From contig OZ255721.1 in the NCBI GenBank assembly GCA_965277285.1, positions 800,001 through 864,000 of the forward strand: a stretch of DNA of 64,000 nucleotides. The letters are read 5' to 3'. The notes under the pieces are model-generated. The model did no database searches, was not told where the DNA came from, and worked only from the letters and a program-made list of their open reading frames with translations. Positions 41,501 through 50,885 of this stretch are shown here, piece by piece. The DNA comes from Abditibacteriaceae bacterium. GTDB taxonomy: Bacteria > Armatimonadota > Abditibacteriia > Abditibacteriales > Abditibacteriaceae. The position numbers and the translations under genes are program-made. Within the stretch, counting starts at the first letter, position 1. Every line of letters begins with the position of its first letter.

Positions 41501-41847
41501 AAAACATCGAGCCGTCGTTCAGCCCGGATGGTATCTACATTTCCTTCGCCTCGGATCGTCGTCCGATATCGAACCTCTTTCCGAACAATGAGCGCGAAGC
41601 AGACAACAACTTTGATTTGTGGAAGTTGACCACAGACAGCCGCGGTTTGACGCAGTTGACAACGGATACTCCAGTTCGTATCAACTCTCGGGCACGAGTT
41701 TTCCCCTACAACCTCAACCCATCGTGGAGTGCTACTATAGCGACGACAGCGGCTGGTACGTCAACGCCGACAAGCACAACGCCGTCCTCGGTGGCAGAGC
41801 GCACCTTGAGCGATTACATCAACTTGGGACAGGCGCCAAAGTGGTAG
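38506..41847 (+). CDS. Secreted S8 subtilisin-like serine peptidase with Pro/Thr/Ala linker and PD40/TolB-like repeats
   Basis: VAVLDSG, GHGTHVSG, AAAGN, SGTSMATP; SPDG/FxSDR repeats; RBS aagga and TGnTATAAT (38463-38471) upstream. Confidence 0.9.
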   Translation: MSNSSSSNSAPRFLRASAAFALKIGAAALALGTMGALSKSASAAETVQALRTYKGSELLVTFKSGAASQGSHISNLRVGAKGVESYPMFRTQKVALPAGMTVAQAISLYSQDPNVLLAQPNYRYKLLSTPNYLPWVGNPSDSSGGGGTGGGTTSSNTVKPNDPLYGSQYALKKISAPQAWKITTGRGDVVVAVLDSGIRYTHQDLSANIWNNVLRTVNGAPQGEIPGNGIDDDGNGYIDDYHGINAVAGNSDPNDDNGHGTHVSGIIGAVGNNKIGVTGVNWKVQLMALKCFGADGTGTTANIITGLQYAIDMKTNRGVNLRVINCSFGSAEVLGQAADPLEMQAFSAAGDAGILVTAAAGNDGQDNANVANFPSNYALPNMISVAATDQNDKLASFSNYGGQTVNLAAPGVKILSTYAFKETVAPTATPTGTAAATPTATPVIIEIPSNKAYKYLSGTSMATPFVTGTAALIWSMYPNLTVAQVRNEILSSVDVLPSLQGKVTTNGRLNAYRALVFAGNDNAGTANPTPTGTATATATATATATATATATPGVVLQPPVSPTVQAPGLIAFDALGDPTQRDIFTIGPNGGAKTNITNNSADDFQPNAGLRSGKLVFTSNLADVTGAFQSSNNEIYMTTITNSGGVTPAVRLTKNNVDDSDPALSPDGTKVVFVSDRDDDPTTGAVEYELYMMNLNIRGTDGYPQVTRLTYGGNFQRNNASFLQGPIDSGEGAVEDSHNPNLGQPIWRPDGQVIAFTSNRPIVTNGVVEARNSDIYVMTPDGANQTNLTANLMTTVYTFNESTGGISSTTRPADNRNPTVSIYGQIAFSSNVEDGDSYPRGYVTYVSAANSFGSGAGFYDPRDLPRQPSPTGVTPVDLGSPGTKVTGYDLATLGTNNYDLYVVNSNGNGPNVPPGAQPTPSTDTVVPTGTSTFPTFYVLRGLVVPTRITRDFRESDRSIQDPVVYDSKGAPQPRQYPNGSGGFEDAYSSPDHTGSYLVENIEPSFSPDGIYISFASDRRPISNLFPNNEREADNNFDLWKLTTDSRGLTQLTTDTPVRINSRARVFPYNLNPSWSATIATTAAGTSTPTSTTPSSVAERTLSDYINLGQAPKW

Positions 41848-41873
41848 TAATTAACCCGTAAGGTGCAGAACGA

Positions 41874-41915
41874 AACACAAAAGCGACAGCTCCGAAGAGC
41901 TGTCGCTTTTGTGTT
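41874..41915 (+). terminator. Intrinsic terminator
   Basis: aacacaaaagcgacagctc-cgaa-gagctgtcgcttttgtgtt. Confidence 0.75.
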
Positions 41916-42005
41916 GTCGCACGAAGACGTACCTGGCCGTCTCCCGCAAATCTTTTCGTGCAAGCAATAAGTTTGAGGAATTTTCGCTATAAACGAACTA
42001 ATGTC

Positions 42006-42034
42006 TTTACAAACTTGAGGGGAACGGGTAGAAT
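42006..42034 (+). promoter_or_regulatory. sigma70-like promoter of the tRNA
   Basis: TTTACA-N17-TAGAAT. Confidence 0.55.
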
Positions 42035-42098
42035 ATCTGTTCGCGCGTCGTTGAAAGAATGTCTCGAGGACTCGATTTTTCTGCACTTCAAGTGGCAC

Positions 42099-42171
42099 GG
42101 GCCGGTAGCTCAGTTGGTAGAGCAGGGGACTTTTAATCCCAAGGTCACAGGTTCGATTCCTGTCCGGCCTA
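42099..42171 (+). tRNA. tRNA-Lys(UUU), CCA not encoded
   Basis: GGGCCGG/CCGGCCT acceptor stem, TAGCTCAGTTGGTAGAGC D-arm, CTTTTAA anticodon loop, GGTTCGATTCC T-arm. Confidence 0.95.
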
Positions 42172-42179
42172 TTCTTCAT

Positions 42180-42227
42180 ACAAACAACAAAGAGCAAACG
42201 AAGTTTCGTTTGCTCTTTGTTGTTTGT
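42180..42227. terminator. Long hairpin between the tRNA and the convergent gene
   Basis: 23-bp perfect arms acaaacaacaaagagcaaacgaa / ttcgtttgctctttgttgtttgt. Confidence 0.65.
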
Positions 42228-42264
42228 GCCCCACCCGTTTCGATTTCTTCTATTTGATCTGGTG

Positions 42265-42741
42265 TCAGTTTTTCGCATTTCGAGTACTCGATCCGCGAGG
42301 CAGGAACAAACCAAGGGCCAGCGCCGCGTAAATCCATTTCAGGGAACGTTGGGGCAAGCGATGTTCAAAACCTGGCGTCAGGCGCGGCGGCACAACGTGA
42401 TAATCGACGATATACGCCAATAAAGCTACGCCCAAAGCTCCCAATATTGGTTTGATGTGCTTTCCTTCAGCGCGCGGTTCGCCAAAGAACAGTTCGTAAA
42501 TGAAGGCCCAACTTCCATTTGCCGACGCATTCAGCACCAAACTCGCGCCTGTAAACTTCCAGGATACATTGTCTTGAGCGAGCGCGTCTTCGTCCCACAA
42601 AATGTGACTGATGGCATTAAGTGGAGCGATGGCGTTGCCGTTTTCCGATTGTCCACAAAGCGCCACGGCAACAGCCGTCCACAGACTGGCGTTTAAGGCG
42701 CGTGGCGCACAATGGCGCAGTGTCGTTGCGAGAGATTTCAT
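42265..42741 (-). CDS. Hypothetical membrane protein
   Basis: APLNAISHILW, AYIVDYHVVPPRLTPGFE; hydrophobic. Confidence 0.65.
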   Translation of the reverse strand: MKSLATTLRHCAPRALNASLWTAVAVALCGQSENGNAIAPLNAISHILWDEDALAQDNVSWKFTGASLVLNASANGSWAFIYELFFGEPRAEGKHIKPILGALGVALLAYIVDYHVVPPRLTPGFEHRLPQRSLKWIYAALALGLFLPRGSSTRNAKN

Positions 42742-42759
42742 ATTTTTCCTGTATTAACT

Positions 42760-42949
42760 AATGGTGCGGGTTTGGTGCAAGAACGATCTCACCCGCCCCT
42801 GAAGGAGCGAGCTGAAGAAGCAAGACCGCTAAAGCGGCCTCCTTGTTAGCGCGAAGAGTAGCGTGTCAATCCCATTCATGGGGCTTAGAAACTCAGCCCC
42901 GCTCCTTCAGGGGCGGGTGAGATCGTTCTTACACCAAACCCGCACCATT
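42760..42949. mobile_element. MITE-like non-autonomous element
   Basis: ~56-bp near-perfect terminal IRs including a CCCGCCCCTGAAGG motif resembling IS200/IS605-type end hairpins; no ORF. Confidence 0.6.
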
Positions 42950-43090
42950 GGTTATTAAGAAGCTATCCGAAGAGAGCATCAGCCCCGTTCTCCTGTTCTC
43001 ACAGTCGCCTATTTGGAGAGACTCTAAGTGCTTGTCAGTTTTGCCCGACGCCGGTCACACTGAAGCGGCTGCATTTCCTTGGAGAAAATT

Positions 43091-44395
43091 ATGCGCATCG
43101 CGCTTTGTCCTGTCACGATTGTCACCTGCGACGACCAGTTTCGAGTACTCGAACGCGCCGCTCTGCATATCGAAAACAATCGTATCACGTTCGTTGGCGC
43201 CGCGAACGAACAGCCGCCCTTTCAAGCGGACGAAACGATTGGCGGTGAACATCTCGTCGCGCTTCCTGGCTTGGTGAACGCGCACACGCATGCCGCGATG
43301 ACGCTTTTGCGCGGTTACGCCGACGACATGGATTTGGAAACGTGGCTGCAAACCAAAATCTGGCCCTTTGAAGCGCATCTCGATGGCGATGACGTGTATC
43401 GGGGAACGCTGCTCGCCTGCCTCGAAATGTTGCGCGGCGGCACAACGTGTTGCGCCGATATGTATCATTTCTACCATGATGGCGTGCGTGCTTTTCTTGA
43501 AAGCGGAATGCGCGCCGTTCCAGGCGGGGTTCTGCTGGGCTTTTTGCCCGAGCCACAACGCCGCATTGCCAACGCGATTTCCTTTGTACGCGAATACACA
43601 AACGCGGGCAACGGACGCATCACGCCCGCGCTCGCGCCGCATTCTTTATATACATGCAACGAAGAACAATGGCGATTGATGATTGACGGCGCGCGCGAAC
43701 TCGGTTGTTTGCTCCACACGCACGCCAGCGAAACGCGCCGCGAAGTGGCCGATATTCGCGCGCAATGGGGCGCCACGCCGATTCGAGTACTCGAAAGGCT
43801 CGGCGCGCTGCAAACGCCGTTGCAAGCCGCACATTGCGTTCATTTGGAAGAAGACGATCTGGAAATTTTAGCCGCGACAGGAACGCGCGTCGCACACAAT
43901 CCGACATCGAACTTGAAACTGGCATCCGGTTTTGCGCCGGTCGAAAAGTTTTTGCAACGTGGCATCATGACCAGTCTGGGAACCGATGGAACGGCGTCCA
44001 ACAACGACCTGGATATGTGGGAAGAAATGCGCCTGGCTGCCCTGCTCCACAAAGCGACGACCGGCGACGCGACAGCCGTTTCCGCACAACAAGCCTTGCT
44101 GATGGCAACGCGAAACGGCGCGCGCAGCCTCAATTTGGAAACTGAAATCGGTTCGCTCAGTGTCGGCAAAAAAGCCGATATTGTCGTGATGGACTTCGAC
44201 AAGCCGCATTTGACACCACGCCACAACGTGGTTTCGCATCTGGTTTATGCCGCCAAAGCGAGCGATGTCGATACGGTTTTGGTCGATGGACAAATACTCG
44301 TGCGCCGTGGAAACTGCACCCGACTTGACACCGCCCAAATCTGCGCCGAAGCAAATCACCGCGCCGCGCGTTTGGTGCAAAAAACCACTTTTTAA
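43091..44395 (+). CDS. Amidohydrolase (MTA/SAH deaminase-like)
   Basis: PGLVNAHTH, APHS, HTHASET, AHCV, HNPTSNLKL, LGTDG. Confidence 0.88.
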   Translation: MRIALCPVTIVTCDDQFRVLERAALHIENNRITFVGAANEQPPFQADETIGGEHLVALPGLVNAHTHAAMTLLRGYADDMDLETWLQTKIWPFEAHLDGDDVYRGTLLACLEMLRGGTTCCADMYHFYHDGVRAFLESGMRAVPGGVLLGFLPEPQRRIANAISFVREYTNAGNGRITPALAPHSLYTCNEEQWRLMIDGARELGCLLHTHASETRREVADIRAQWGATPIRVLERLGALQTPLQAAHCVHLEEDDLEILAATGTRVAHNPTSNLKLASGFAPVEKFLQRGIMTSLGTDGTASNNDLDMWEEMRLAALLHKATTGDATAVSAQQALLMATRNGARSLNLETEIGSLSVGKKADIVVMDFDKPHLTPRHNVVSHLVYAAKASDVDTVLVDGQILVRRGNCTRLDTAQICAEANHRAARLVQKTTF

Positions 44396-44457
44396 TGTTC
44401 GTTTCTTGAATTAGCAACCACCTCGGGCTTCGAGTATGTAATCCCCAAAGATTTCCC

Positions 44458-46578
44458 ATGATTTTTCAACCGAGGACACGTTCTCGTCTGGCCAAAGTAG
44501 CGTCGCTTTTTGCCGTGTGCGCTGGCCTGACGATTGGCTGGAAGTTTCGCCACGAGATTCGCCACGCGTTCGATCCAGCTCCGCCCACGCCTTTGCGCTG
44601 GGTTGATAAGTTTCCGCCACCAATTCAAATCGATTCGGGCAAGCGCAGCAACGTGTTTTACAGCGGCGAACTGCTCCGCTTCAAATCGGACAAAGCCGTC
44701 TCACGCTATGAAGTGCGCAGTTACTCCGCCGATATTGTGGACAGTGGAATTGCGAGCAGATCCTTCGTGGTCAAAGCGCAGCCGCCGGGTTGGTACAAAC
44801 TGTATCTTTACGACGTTGAAGATCGTGGCGAACCCTTCGGGAAAACTGTCGGCGGCACGACGTTCGTGGTTTTTCGGCACGACGCACATTTTCCGGCTCT
44901 ACCCTCGCGCGATGTTTCTGGCGGTTCGGATTCCAACGATGAACCGATGCGCGGAGTAATCGGCATGGGGCCGCAACGTTTGCGTGTCGAAGATGCGGGC
45001 AAGCCGGACGAAGCGATTGCTAAAATCGAACAAGATGTGGCGCTCGATAAGAAATATTATCTACCGTTCGACCCCGCGCGCAAGCGTGTTTTGATGTGCG
45101 CGTTTCCCAACGGCACGAAGGGCAAAGAAGCGGGCGTGCGCCAGATCGTCGCACATTTCAAGAACACGATCCAGTACTGGGAAGCGCGCAACGAACCGAA
45201 TTTTGCTTCCAATGGCGGCGATTTCGCGCTCAACGAAATGAAGCCGTTCTACCAAACCGTGAAAAGTGTCAGTCCACGTTTGAAAGTTCTGGGGCCGGGA
45301 ACCGTCAGCCTGAACCCCGATATGCAACGCTGGCTGGACAATTTCTTCGCAGCGGGCGGCGGCAAATGGATCGACGCCTTTTCGTTTCACGCTTACAACA
45401 ACGTCAACGGCGACATTTGGCTGGCACGCAAAGCTCTCAACACGACCAATGATCTGCTGGCGAAATATGGTTTGCAACACATCGAGAAATGGCAAACCGA
45501 ACAAGGCAATTTCGCGGCGATTTACGGCGTTTACACGCCCGCGCATCAGGCGCGCTGGACGATGGCGCAGATGATGGTGTGGGAGCAATACGGCATTCCC
45601 AAAGAACATAATCACCTGTGGTATGACCGCAGTCACGGCTTCTGGGATCAGCCGGCGTGGTGGGAAAATGACGACAATAGTTTGAATCCCGAAGCCGTCA
45701 CGATGCGCGTGTGGAGCGAGGAGTTGTGGGGCAAAACGTTCCATCGAGTACTCGATTTCGGAAGCGGCAATCAACTTTTCATCGGCAGCGAGTTTTCCGG
45801 TTCAAGTGGCAAAACATTGGCGTTGATGAGCGGCGGCGCGACGGATGCCAGCGTTCAACTGCGCGTCAGCGGCGCCAGAACCTTGCGCATCGTGTCGGCG
45901 TGGGGCATGGCGCGTCAGCTTCCGGTTGTCAACGGACTGGTTTCGCTGGTTGTGCCGGAATTGCCGGTTTACGTCGAATCGAGTACTCGAACAACAGTTC
46001 AAATCGTGCCGCAAAACTGGGGCGCCAATCTCGCGCGGCAAAATGGCGTTCAAGTTTCGGCTTCGCAAATGGGCGAGCAAAGCGCGGACAACGACATCGC
46101 CAAAGTCGTGAATGGCGTGCAGGAAAACTGGTATTGGAACTTTCAGAAAAACACCACGCCGTGGAATGTCGTCGGGCCAACACTGCCGATGACAGTCGAT
46201 ATTCAATTGCCGCGTTTGCAAACCGTGCGTCGCGTGAACGTTTATGCCGCTCCGCAGTGGCAATTACAAAGCAGCCTGCTCGATTTCGATGTGCAAGTCG
46301 ATCAAAATGGCGTTTGGAGAACCGTCGCGCGCGTCCGTGAACCCGCCAGAACGTGGAAAGTGTGGACGCCGCCAACGCGCACCAGCGTCGATTCCTTTTT
46401 CTCCGACCGCTGGATTTTCCCGACGAGCTTCACGCCGGTTCAAACCGACAAGATCCGCCTGCTGATTCGTGATGCGACTTTTGGCGGCGGCGCGACAAAA
46501 ATCGTCAACGAAGCGGGAGGCCAATCGTGGGACAAAAAAGTCGTAATGCTGCGCGAAGTCGAGGTTTACAGAAAGTAA
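44458..46578 (+). CDS. Putative clan GH-A glycoside hydrolase with C-terminal discoidin-like domain
   Basis: WEARNEPN, DAFSFHAY, WQTEQG; N-terminal TM anchor. Confidence 0.6.
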   Translation: MIFQPRTRSRLAKVASLFAVCAGLTIGWKFRHEIRHAFDPAPPTPLRWVDKFPPPIQIDSGKRSNVFYSGELLRFKSDKAVSRYEVRSYSADIVDSGIASRSFVVKAQPPGWYKLYLYDVEDRGEPFGKTVGGTTFVVFRHDAHFPALPSRDVSGGSDSNDEPMRGVIGMGPQRLRVEDAGKPDEAIAKIEQDVALDKKYYLPFDPARKRVLMCAFPNGTKGKEAGVRQIVAHFKNTIQYWEARNEPNFASNGGDFALNEMKPFYQTVKSVSPRLKVLGPGTVSLNPDMQRWLDNFFAAGGGKWIDAFSFHAYNNVNGDIWLARKALNTTNDLLAKYGLQHIEKWQTEQGNFAAIYGVYTPAHQARWTMAQMMVWEQYGIPKEHNHLWYDRSHGFWDQPAWWENDDNSLNPEAVTMRVWSEELWGKTFHRVLDFGSGNQLFIGSEFSGSSGKTLALMSGGATDASVQLRVSGARTLRIVSAWGMARQLPVVNGLVSLVVPELPVYVESSTRTTVQIVPQNWGANLARQNGVQVSASQMGEQSADNDIAKVVNGVQENWYWNFQKNTTPWNVVGPTLPMTVDIQLPRLQTVRRVNVYAAPQWQLQSSLLDFDVQVDQNGVWRTVARVREPARTWKVWTPPTRTSVDSFFSDRWIFPTSFTPVQTDKIRLLIRDATFGGGATKIVNEAGGQSWDKKVVMLREVEVYRK

Positions 46579-46579
46579 A

Positions 46580-47047
46580 CTAATTGCGTCTAATACGTAT
46601 GACCTTTTCTTCTTCAACAGGAAAAGTCTGTTCTCGCATTTCTTCCGGCGATATTGAGACTTGGTATTTGTAGTTCAGCACGTCCGAATCCCAATGAATT
46701 AAAAGATAGGCTTCTTTTGTATCATCGGCGGCATCCGCTAACCAAGAACGGAATTTCGGGTGCAATCCAACGTATAATTCTTCTTTCTTGCGATTTGCAA
46801 TGGCGCGCTCGATTTTTGTTCTCGACCAACCTTTCTTACGATATTTCTCGTATAAGTTTTCGTTCGAGCCTCGGTTGAATAGGTCACAGGAACACATTGA
46901 TGTACCGACAATAAAAACCTCAAAGTCACCCATGTGAGACGACAAACCTTTGTACTGCGATGGCCAAGCGCGCATCGGACGGGGTAACTTATCAAGCCAT
47001 TCCTGCTGCGAGGATTTAGATAAGCCGACAGCAATCATGTAGCACAT
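46580..47047 (-). CDS. Hypothetical protein
   Basis: AT-richer ORF; likely start MCYMI at 47047; CSC motif. Confidence 0.55.
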   Translation of the reverse strand: MCYMIAVGLSKSSQQEWLDKLPRPMRAWPSQYKGLSSHMGDFEVFIVGTSMCSCDLFNRGSNENLYEKYRKKGWSRTKIERAIANRKKEELYVGLHPKFRSWLADAADDTKEAYLLIHWDSDVLNYKYQVSISPEEMREQTFPVEEEKVIRIRRN

Positions 47048-47150
47048 ATCTTGATTTGAGCAACTAAAAATAGCTTGCGCGCAACTCATCGAGTACTCGA
47101 TTGCACGCCTGTGACGCCAGAACGAAACACAAATCGCGTATAATTGTTGC

Positions 47151-47933
47151 GTGATTGCTCGTCGTTTTTTCTCGAACCCGCTACAAGATTCGCTCGCGTT
47201 TCTGGGTGGCATTTCTTTGCTGCTGTGGGAAACCGCGCTCTTCATCCTGCGCGGCGCCATTTCCTATCGCCATACAATTCGGCAAATGGCCGAAGTCGGC
47301 GTCGGCTCGCTCTTTGTGGCGATTATCACGGTTGGGTTTTCCGGCGCAGTTTCCGCGCTTTACATCACCATTCAGTTGGTGCAGTTGGGACAACAAGGTT
47401 ATGTCGGCGGTTTGGTCGGCAAAAGCCTGGCGCTCGAAGTCGCGCCGGTTATTACAGCCGTTGTCGTCGCGGCGCGCGCCGGAAGCGCGATGGCAGCCGA
47501 ACTGGGAACCATGACGGTGACCGAGCAAGTGGACGCTTTGCGTTCGCTGGCGACCAGCCCGACGCAATATCTCGTAGTTCCGCGCGTATTGGGAACGCTC
47601 ATCATGTTGCCTCTGGTCACGACGTTAGCGAACTTCGCGGGTGCAGTTGGCGGACTTTTAGCGGCAACGGCGAACGGCGTTTCGGCCAGCGCGTTCTGGG
47701 AATCCTATCAGCGTTTGGTGACACCTGCCGATCAACTGAGCGGATTGATTAAAACAATTCCCTTCGCGCTGATTATCGCTCTGGTCGGTTGTCGCCAGGG
47801 TTTGACGACGACGGGAGGTGCGGCGGGCGTCGGTCGCGCCACGACGAGCGCCGTTGTGCTCGCCATGATCGGCATTTTTATTTCCGATTTCTTTATTTCC
47901 ACGCTGCAAAATGTCGCTAAACTTTCGTTTTGA
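47151..47933 (+). CDS. mlaE: MlaE-family ABC permease
   Basis: EVAPVITA, ARAGSAMAAELGTM.VTEQVDAL, GVGRATT. Confidence 0.9.
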   Translation: MIARRFFSNPLQDSLAFLGGISLLLWETALFILRGAISYRHTIRQMAEVGVGSLFVAIITVGFSGAVSALYITIQLVQLGQQGYVGGLVGKSLALEVAPVITAVVVAARAGSAMAAELGTMTVTEQVDALRSLATSPTQYLVVPRVLGTLIMLPLVTTLANFAGAVGGLLAATANGVSASAFWESYQRLVTPADQLSGLIKTIPFALIIALVGCRQGLTTTGGAAGVGRATTSAVVLAMIGIFISDFFISTLQNVAKLSF

Positions 47934-47957
47934 TTTTCCTGTTTCAACGTTTCCCCA

Positions 47958-48737
47958 ATGATCGAATTGCGTCACGTCACTTATTCCGTTCCCTCTGTCG
48001 AGTACTCGAATGGCGAGGAAACCGATGGCACGCGCTTCATTCTCGATGATGTGTCGTTCGTCATTCCAACGGGCAGCATCACCTGCGTGATGGGCGTTTC
48101 GGGAACCGGCAAAACCACCTTGCTGCGCCTCATCGCCGGACTTTTGAAGCCGGACAGCGGCGAAATTTTAGTGGACGGACGCGACATCGTGCCGCTGGAC
48201 GAACGAGAACTGAACCAGATTCGCAGCGACATGGGTTTTGTTTTTCAATATGGCGCGCTTTTCGATTCGATGACGATTGGCGAAAACGTCGCCTTTGGGC
48301 CGCAACGCTTGCGCAAATCGCGCGAGGAAATCGAGCAAATTGTTAAGTCGCGTTTGGACGAAGTCGGCTTGCCGGATGTCGAAGACAAACTGCCGTCGGA
48401 ATTATCGGGTGGAATGCGCAAGCGCGTGGCGATGGCGCGCGCTCTGGCGACCAACCCGCGCGTTGTGTTATACGATGAACCGACGAGCGGCCTCGATCCT
48501 GTAATGGCGCGCGTTATTGATGACCTGATCGTCAAACTGCGCGACACTTCGGGAACGACCAATGTTGTCGTATCGCACAGTTTGCCATCGATTTTTCGCA
48601 TTTCCGACCGCGTGATGATGTTGCACAACGCGCGCGTCGCGGTTGAGGGCACGCCGCAGGAAGTTCAAGCGTCCAGCGCGCCCGAAGTGCGCCAGTTTTT
48701 GGATGGACGCGCCGAAGGCCCGATAACAGTGAGATAG
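47958..48737 (+). CDS. mlaF: MlaF-family ABC ATP-binding protein
   Basis: GVSGTGKT, FQYGALFDSM, LSGGMRKRV, YDEPTSGLDP. Confidence 0.9.
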   Translation: MIELRHVTYSVPSVEYSNGEETDGTRFILDDVSFVIPTGSITCVMGVSGTGKTTLLRLIAGLLKPDSGEILVDGRDIVPLDERELNQIRSDMGFVFQYGALFDSMTIGENVAFGPQRLRKSREEIEQIVKSRLDEVGLPDVEDKLPSELSGGMRKRVAMARALATNPRVVLYDEPTSGLDPVMARVIDDLIVKLRDTSGTTNVVVSHSLPSIFRISDRVMMLHNARVAVEGTPQEVQASSAPEVRQFLDGRAEGPITVR

Positions 48738-48785
48738 TTAAAATTGCTACGAGAGCCACTCGTGAACGCATGGGCTACGAAAGGC

Positions 48786-48839
48786 AAGCCCAATGAATGG
48801 GGCTTAGGAACACGCTTGTCAGCCCCATTCATCGGGCTT
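48786..48839. repeat. REP-like hairpin (AGCCCCATTCATNGGGCT)
   Basis: Inverted pair within the operon spacer; a related unit lies inside 42760-42949. Confidence 0.55.
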
Positions 48840-48953
48840 ATCGTATCATCTCACTGCTTCAGCGGTGAGTGAAGGCAATGGTAGACAAAGGTACAAGTCA
48901 GCAGGCGGTAATAAGTTGAGACAGTTTTCTGCAACCGATAACCGAGTTCAATT

Positions 48954-50804
48954 ATGAAAGGATCAAATGAAGCGCGCGTTGGAATTGTTGTGCTGCTGGC
49001 GTTGATGGCGCTGGGCGGCGGCTACGTTTTCTTGACGCGCGACACGCGTGGCGGCGACCGTTATCGTATCGTCGTGAACAGCGGCGTGGCGAGCATTCAT
49101 CCGGGCAGCGATGTGTTGCTGCGCGGCGTCAAAATCGGCGAAGTGCGCAAGGTTGGACTCGATCCGAACACGCAAAATCCCCTGCTTACGCTGGCCATCA
49201 AAGAAGACCAGAAAACGCCGATTCGTTTGCTGCGCAATTACGAGTACTCGATTCGCGCTGGTTCCTTCATCGGCGAAAACTACGTCGATATACGCGGCGT
49301 TTACAACCCGTCGAACCCCGCCTTTCAGCCGAACAGCGAGAACCCCAGCGACCTGATTGTCGCCACCGCGCCCGGCGGCTTCAACGATTTGACGACGCAA
49401 GTGGGCGCGCTCAGCGGCGATTTTCAGAAGACTTTGGCGCGCTTCGACAAAACGCTCGATGCCCTCAACAACGGCGTTCTATCGTCGAAAACGCAACTCA
49501 AACTGGCGCAGGCGCTCGAAGGCGTCGCCAAACTGACCAGTCAGGCGAGTCAAGGGTTTGGTCCGCAAGGAATCAGGTTCGGTTTCGGCGACCCCAAAGC
49601 ACAACGCGCCTTCACGCAAACGTTGCAAAACACTTCCGAAGCCTCGCGCGAAGCTGCCGTTGCTGCGCGCAATGTCAGCGCCCTGACGCAGAACGCGGGC
49701 GGATTGACGCGTAATTTGGGCAGCGTCATTGATGAAAACCGCAGCCAGTTGCGCGGACTTTTGACCAATTTCAATGCGACGGCGCGCAACATTTCCGGCT
49801 TGACTGAAAGCCTGGCGTTCGTCGTCAACAACGGCGGCTTCAAGGAAAATTCGCAGATCGCGTTTCGCTCTTTCCGCCGCGCCGCAGAAAACGTTGAAAT
49901 CGGCACGCAAACCTTGCGCTCTCTGGGCGATCCGCAAACCCAAGCCACTTTGCGCGACACCTTGAGTTCGATTCATGACGCGACCAGCGCCCTGCGCGAC
50001 ACGGCTGTCTCGGTCAGAAACGCGCTTGGCGACCCAAACAATCAAAAGCAGTTGGGCAGCACTTTGAACGAACTTTCGCAAACCGCGCAAAGTTTGCACA
50101 GCACAGTCGACAACCTGAACCAGATCACGGGCGCGCTGAAAAACGTCGCTGTCGATCCGCAAGTGCAAACCAATCTGAAAGAAACTTTCGCCAACCTGAA
50201 CGGAACGCTCGCCGCCACGCGTTCGGCGGCGGAACGCGTCAACGTTTTGCTGGGCGGCAAGAAACCGCGCAACGCCGACACAACGCAAACATCAACGCCC
50301 AGCGGAACGCCTTCGGGCACGCCAAACGGTCAATCGAGTACTGGAAATGACGGCAAAAGCAAAGGCGATTTGCGCGAAACGAGCGATTTTCCCAGCGGCC
50401 TGGACTTCACGCTGCGCAACCAATCGCATTTTCGTGGCAGCAGTTCGGTCGCGCCCGATGGCCGCACGTTTGGCGACCTGACATTTAACGCCAGTTTGTT
50501 CAAGGCGCCGTTTCGTTTAGGACTGGCCAATTTGGGCGAAGGCAACAACCTGACGCTGCAAACCGGCAAATATGTGGGCAAAAATGCCGCGATTCGCTAC
50601 GGTCTTTATCGCTCGAAGTTGGGGCTGGGAGCGGAAATTCGCAAAGGTCGTTTTTCGCTCGAAGGCAATCTATACGACCCCAATCACGGTTCGTATAACG
50701 CGTATGTCGGTTACGGAATTACGCCGCAATTGGAAGTGTTGGCCGGACAAGAAGACCGCGATGGCGTGCGCAGCAACTCGATTGCTGTTAGACTGCGCCC
50801 GTAA
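48954..50804 (+). CDS. MlaD/MCE-family protein with long coiled-coil
   Basis: EARVG, GSDVLLRGVKIGEV, IGENYVDI; follows mlaE/F. Confidence 0.85.
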   Translation: MKGSNEARVGIVVLLALMALGGGYVFLTRDTRGGDRYRIVVNSGVASIHPGSDVLLRGVKIGEVRKVGLDPNTQNPLLTLAIKEDQKTPIRLLRNYEYSIRAGSFIGENYVDIRGVYNPSNPAFQPNSENPSDLIVATAPGGFNDLTTQVGALSGDFQKTLARFDKTLDALNNGVLSSKTQLKLAQALEGVAKLTSQASQGFGPQGIRFGFGDPKAQRAFTQTLQNTSEASREAAVAARNVSALTQNAGGLTRNLGSVIDENRSQLRGLLTNFNATARNISGLTESLAFVVNNGGFKENSQIAFRSFRRAAENVEIGTQTLRSLGDPQTQATLRDTLSSIHDATSALRDTAVSVRNALGDPNNQKQLGSTLNELSQTAQSLHSTVDNLNQITGALKNVAVDPQVQTNLKETFANLNGTLAATRSAAERVNVLLGGKKPRNADTTQTSTPSGTPSGTPNGQSSTGNDGKSKGDLRETSDFPSGLDFTLRNQSHFRGSSSVAPDGRTFGDLTFNASLFKAPFRLGLANLGEGNNLTLQTGKYVGKNAAIRYGLYRSKLGLGAEIRKGRFSLEGNLYDPNHGSYNAYVGYGITPQLEVLAGQEDRDGVRSNSIAVRLRP

Positions 50805-50885
50805 TTTTGAGAGAAAGCTGAGCGTTCGGCGCAATCGAGTACTCGATTGCTTTGTTGGCCGCTCCAAGTTGAGGAAGAAAAGAGA

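Noticed and set aside
42099..42949. Integrative element at tRNA-Lys
   Set aside because: No integrase and no duplicated tRNA 3' end seen in the window.
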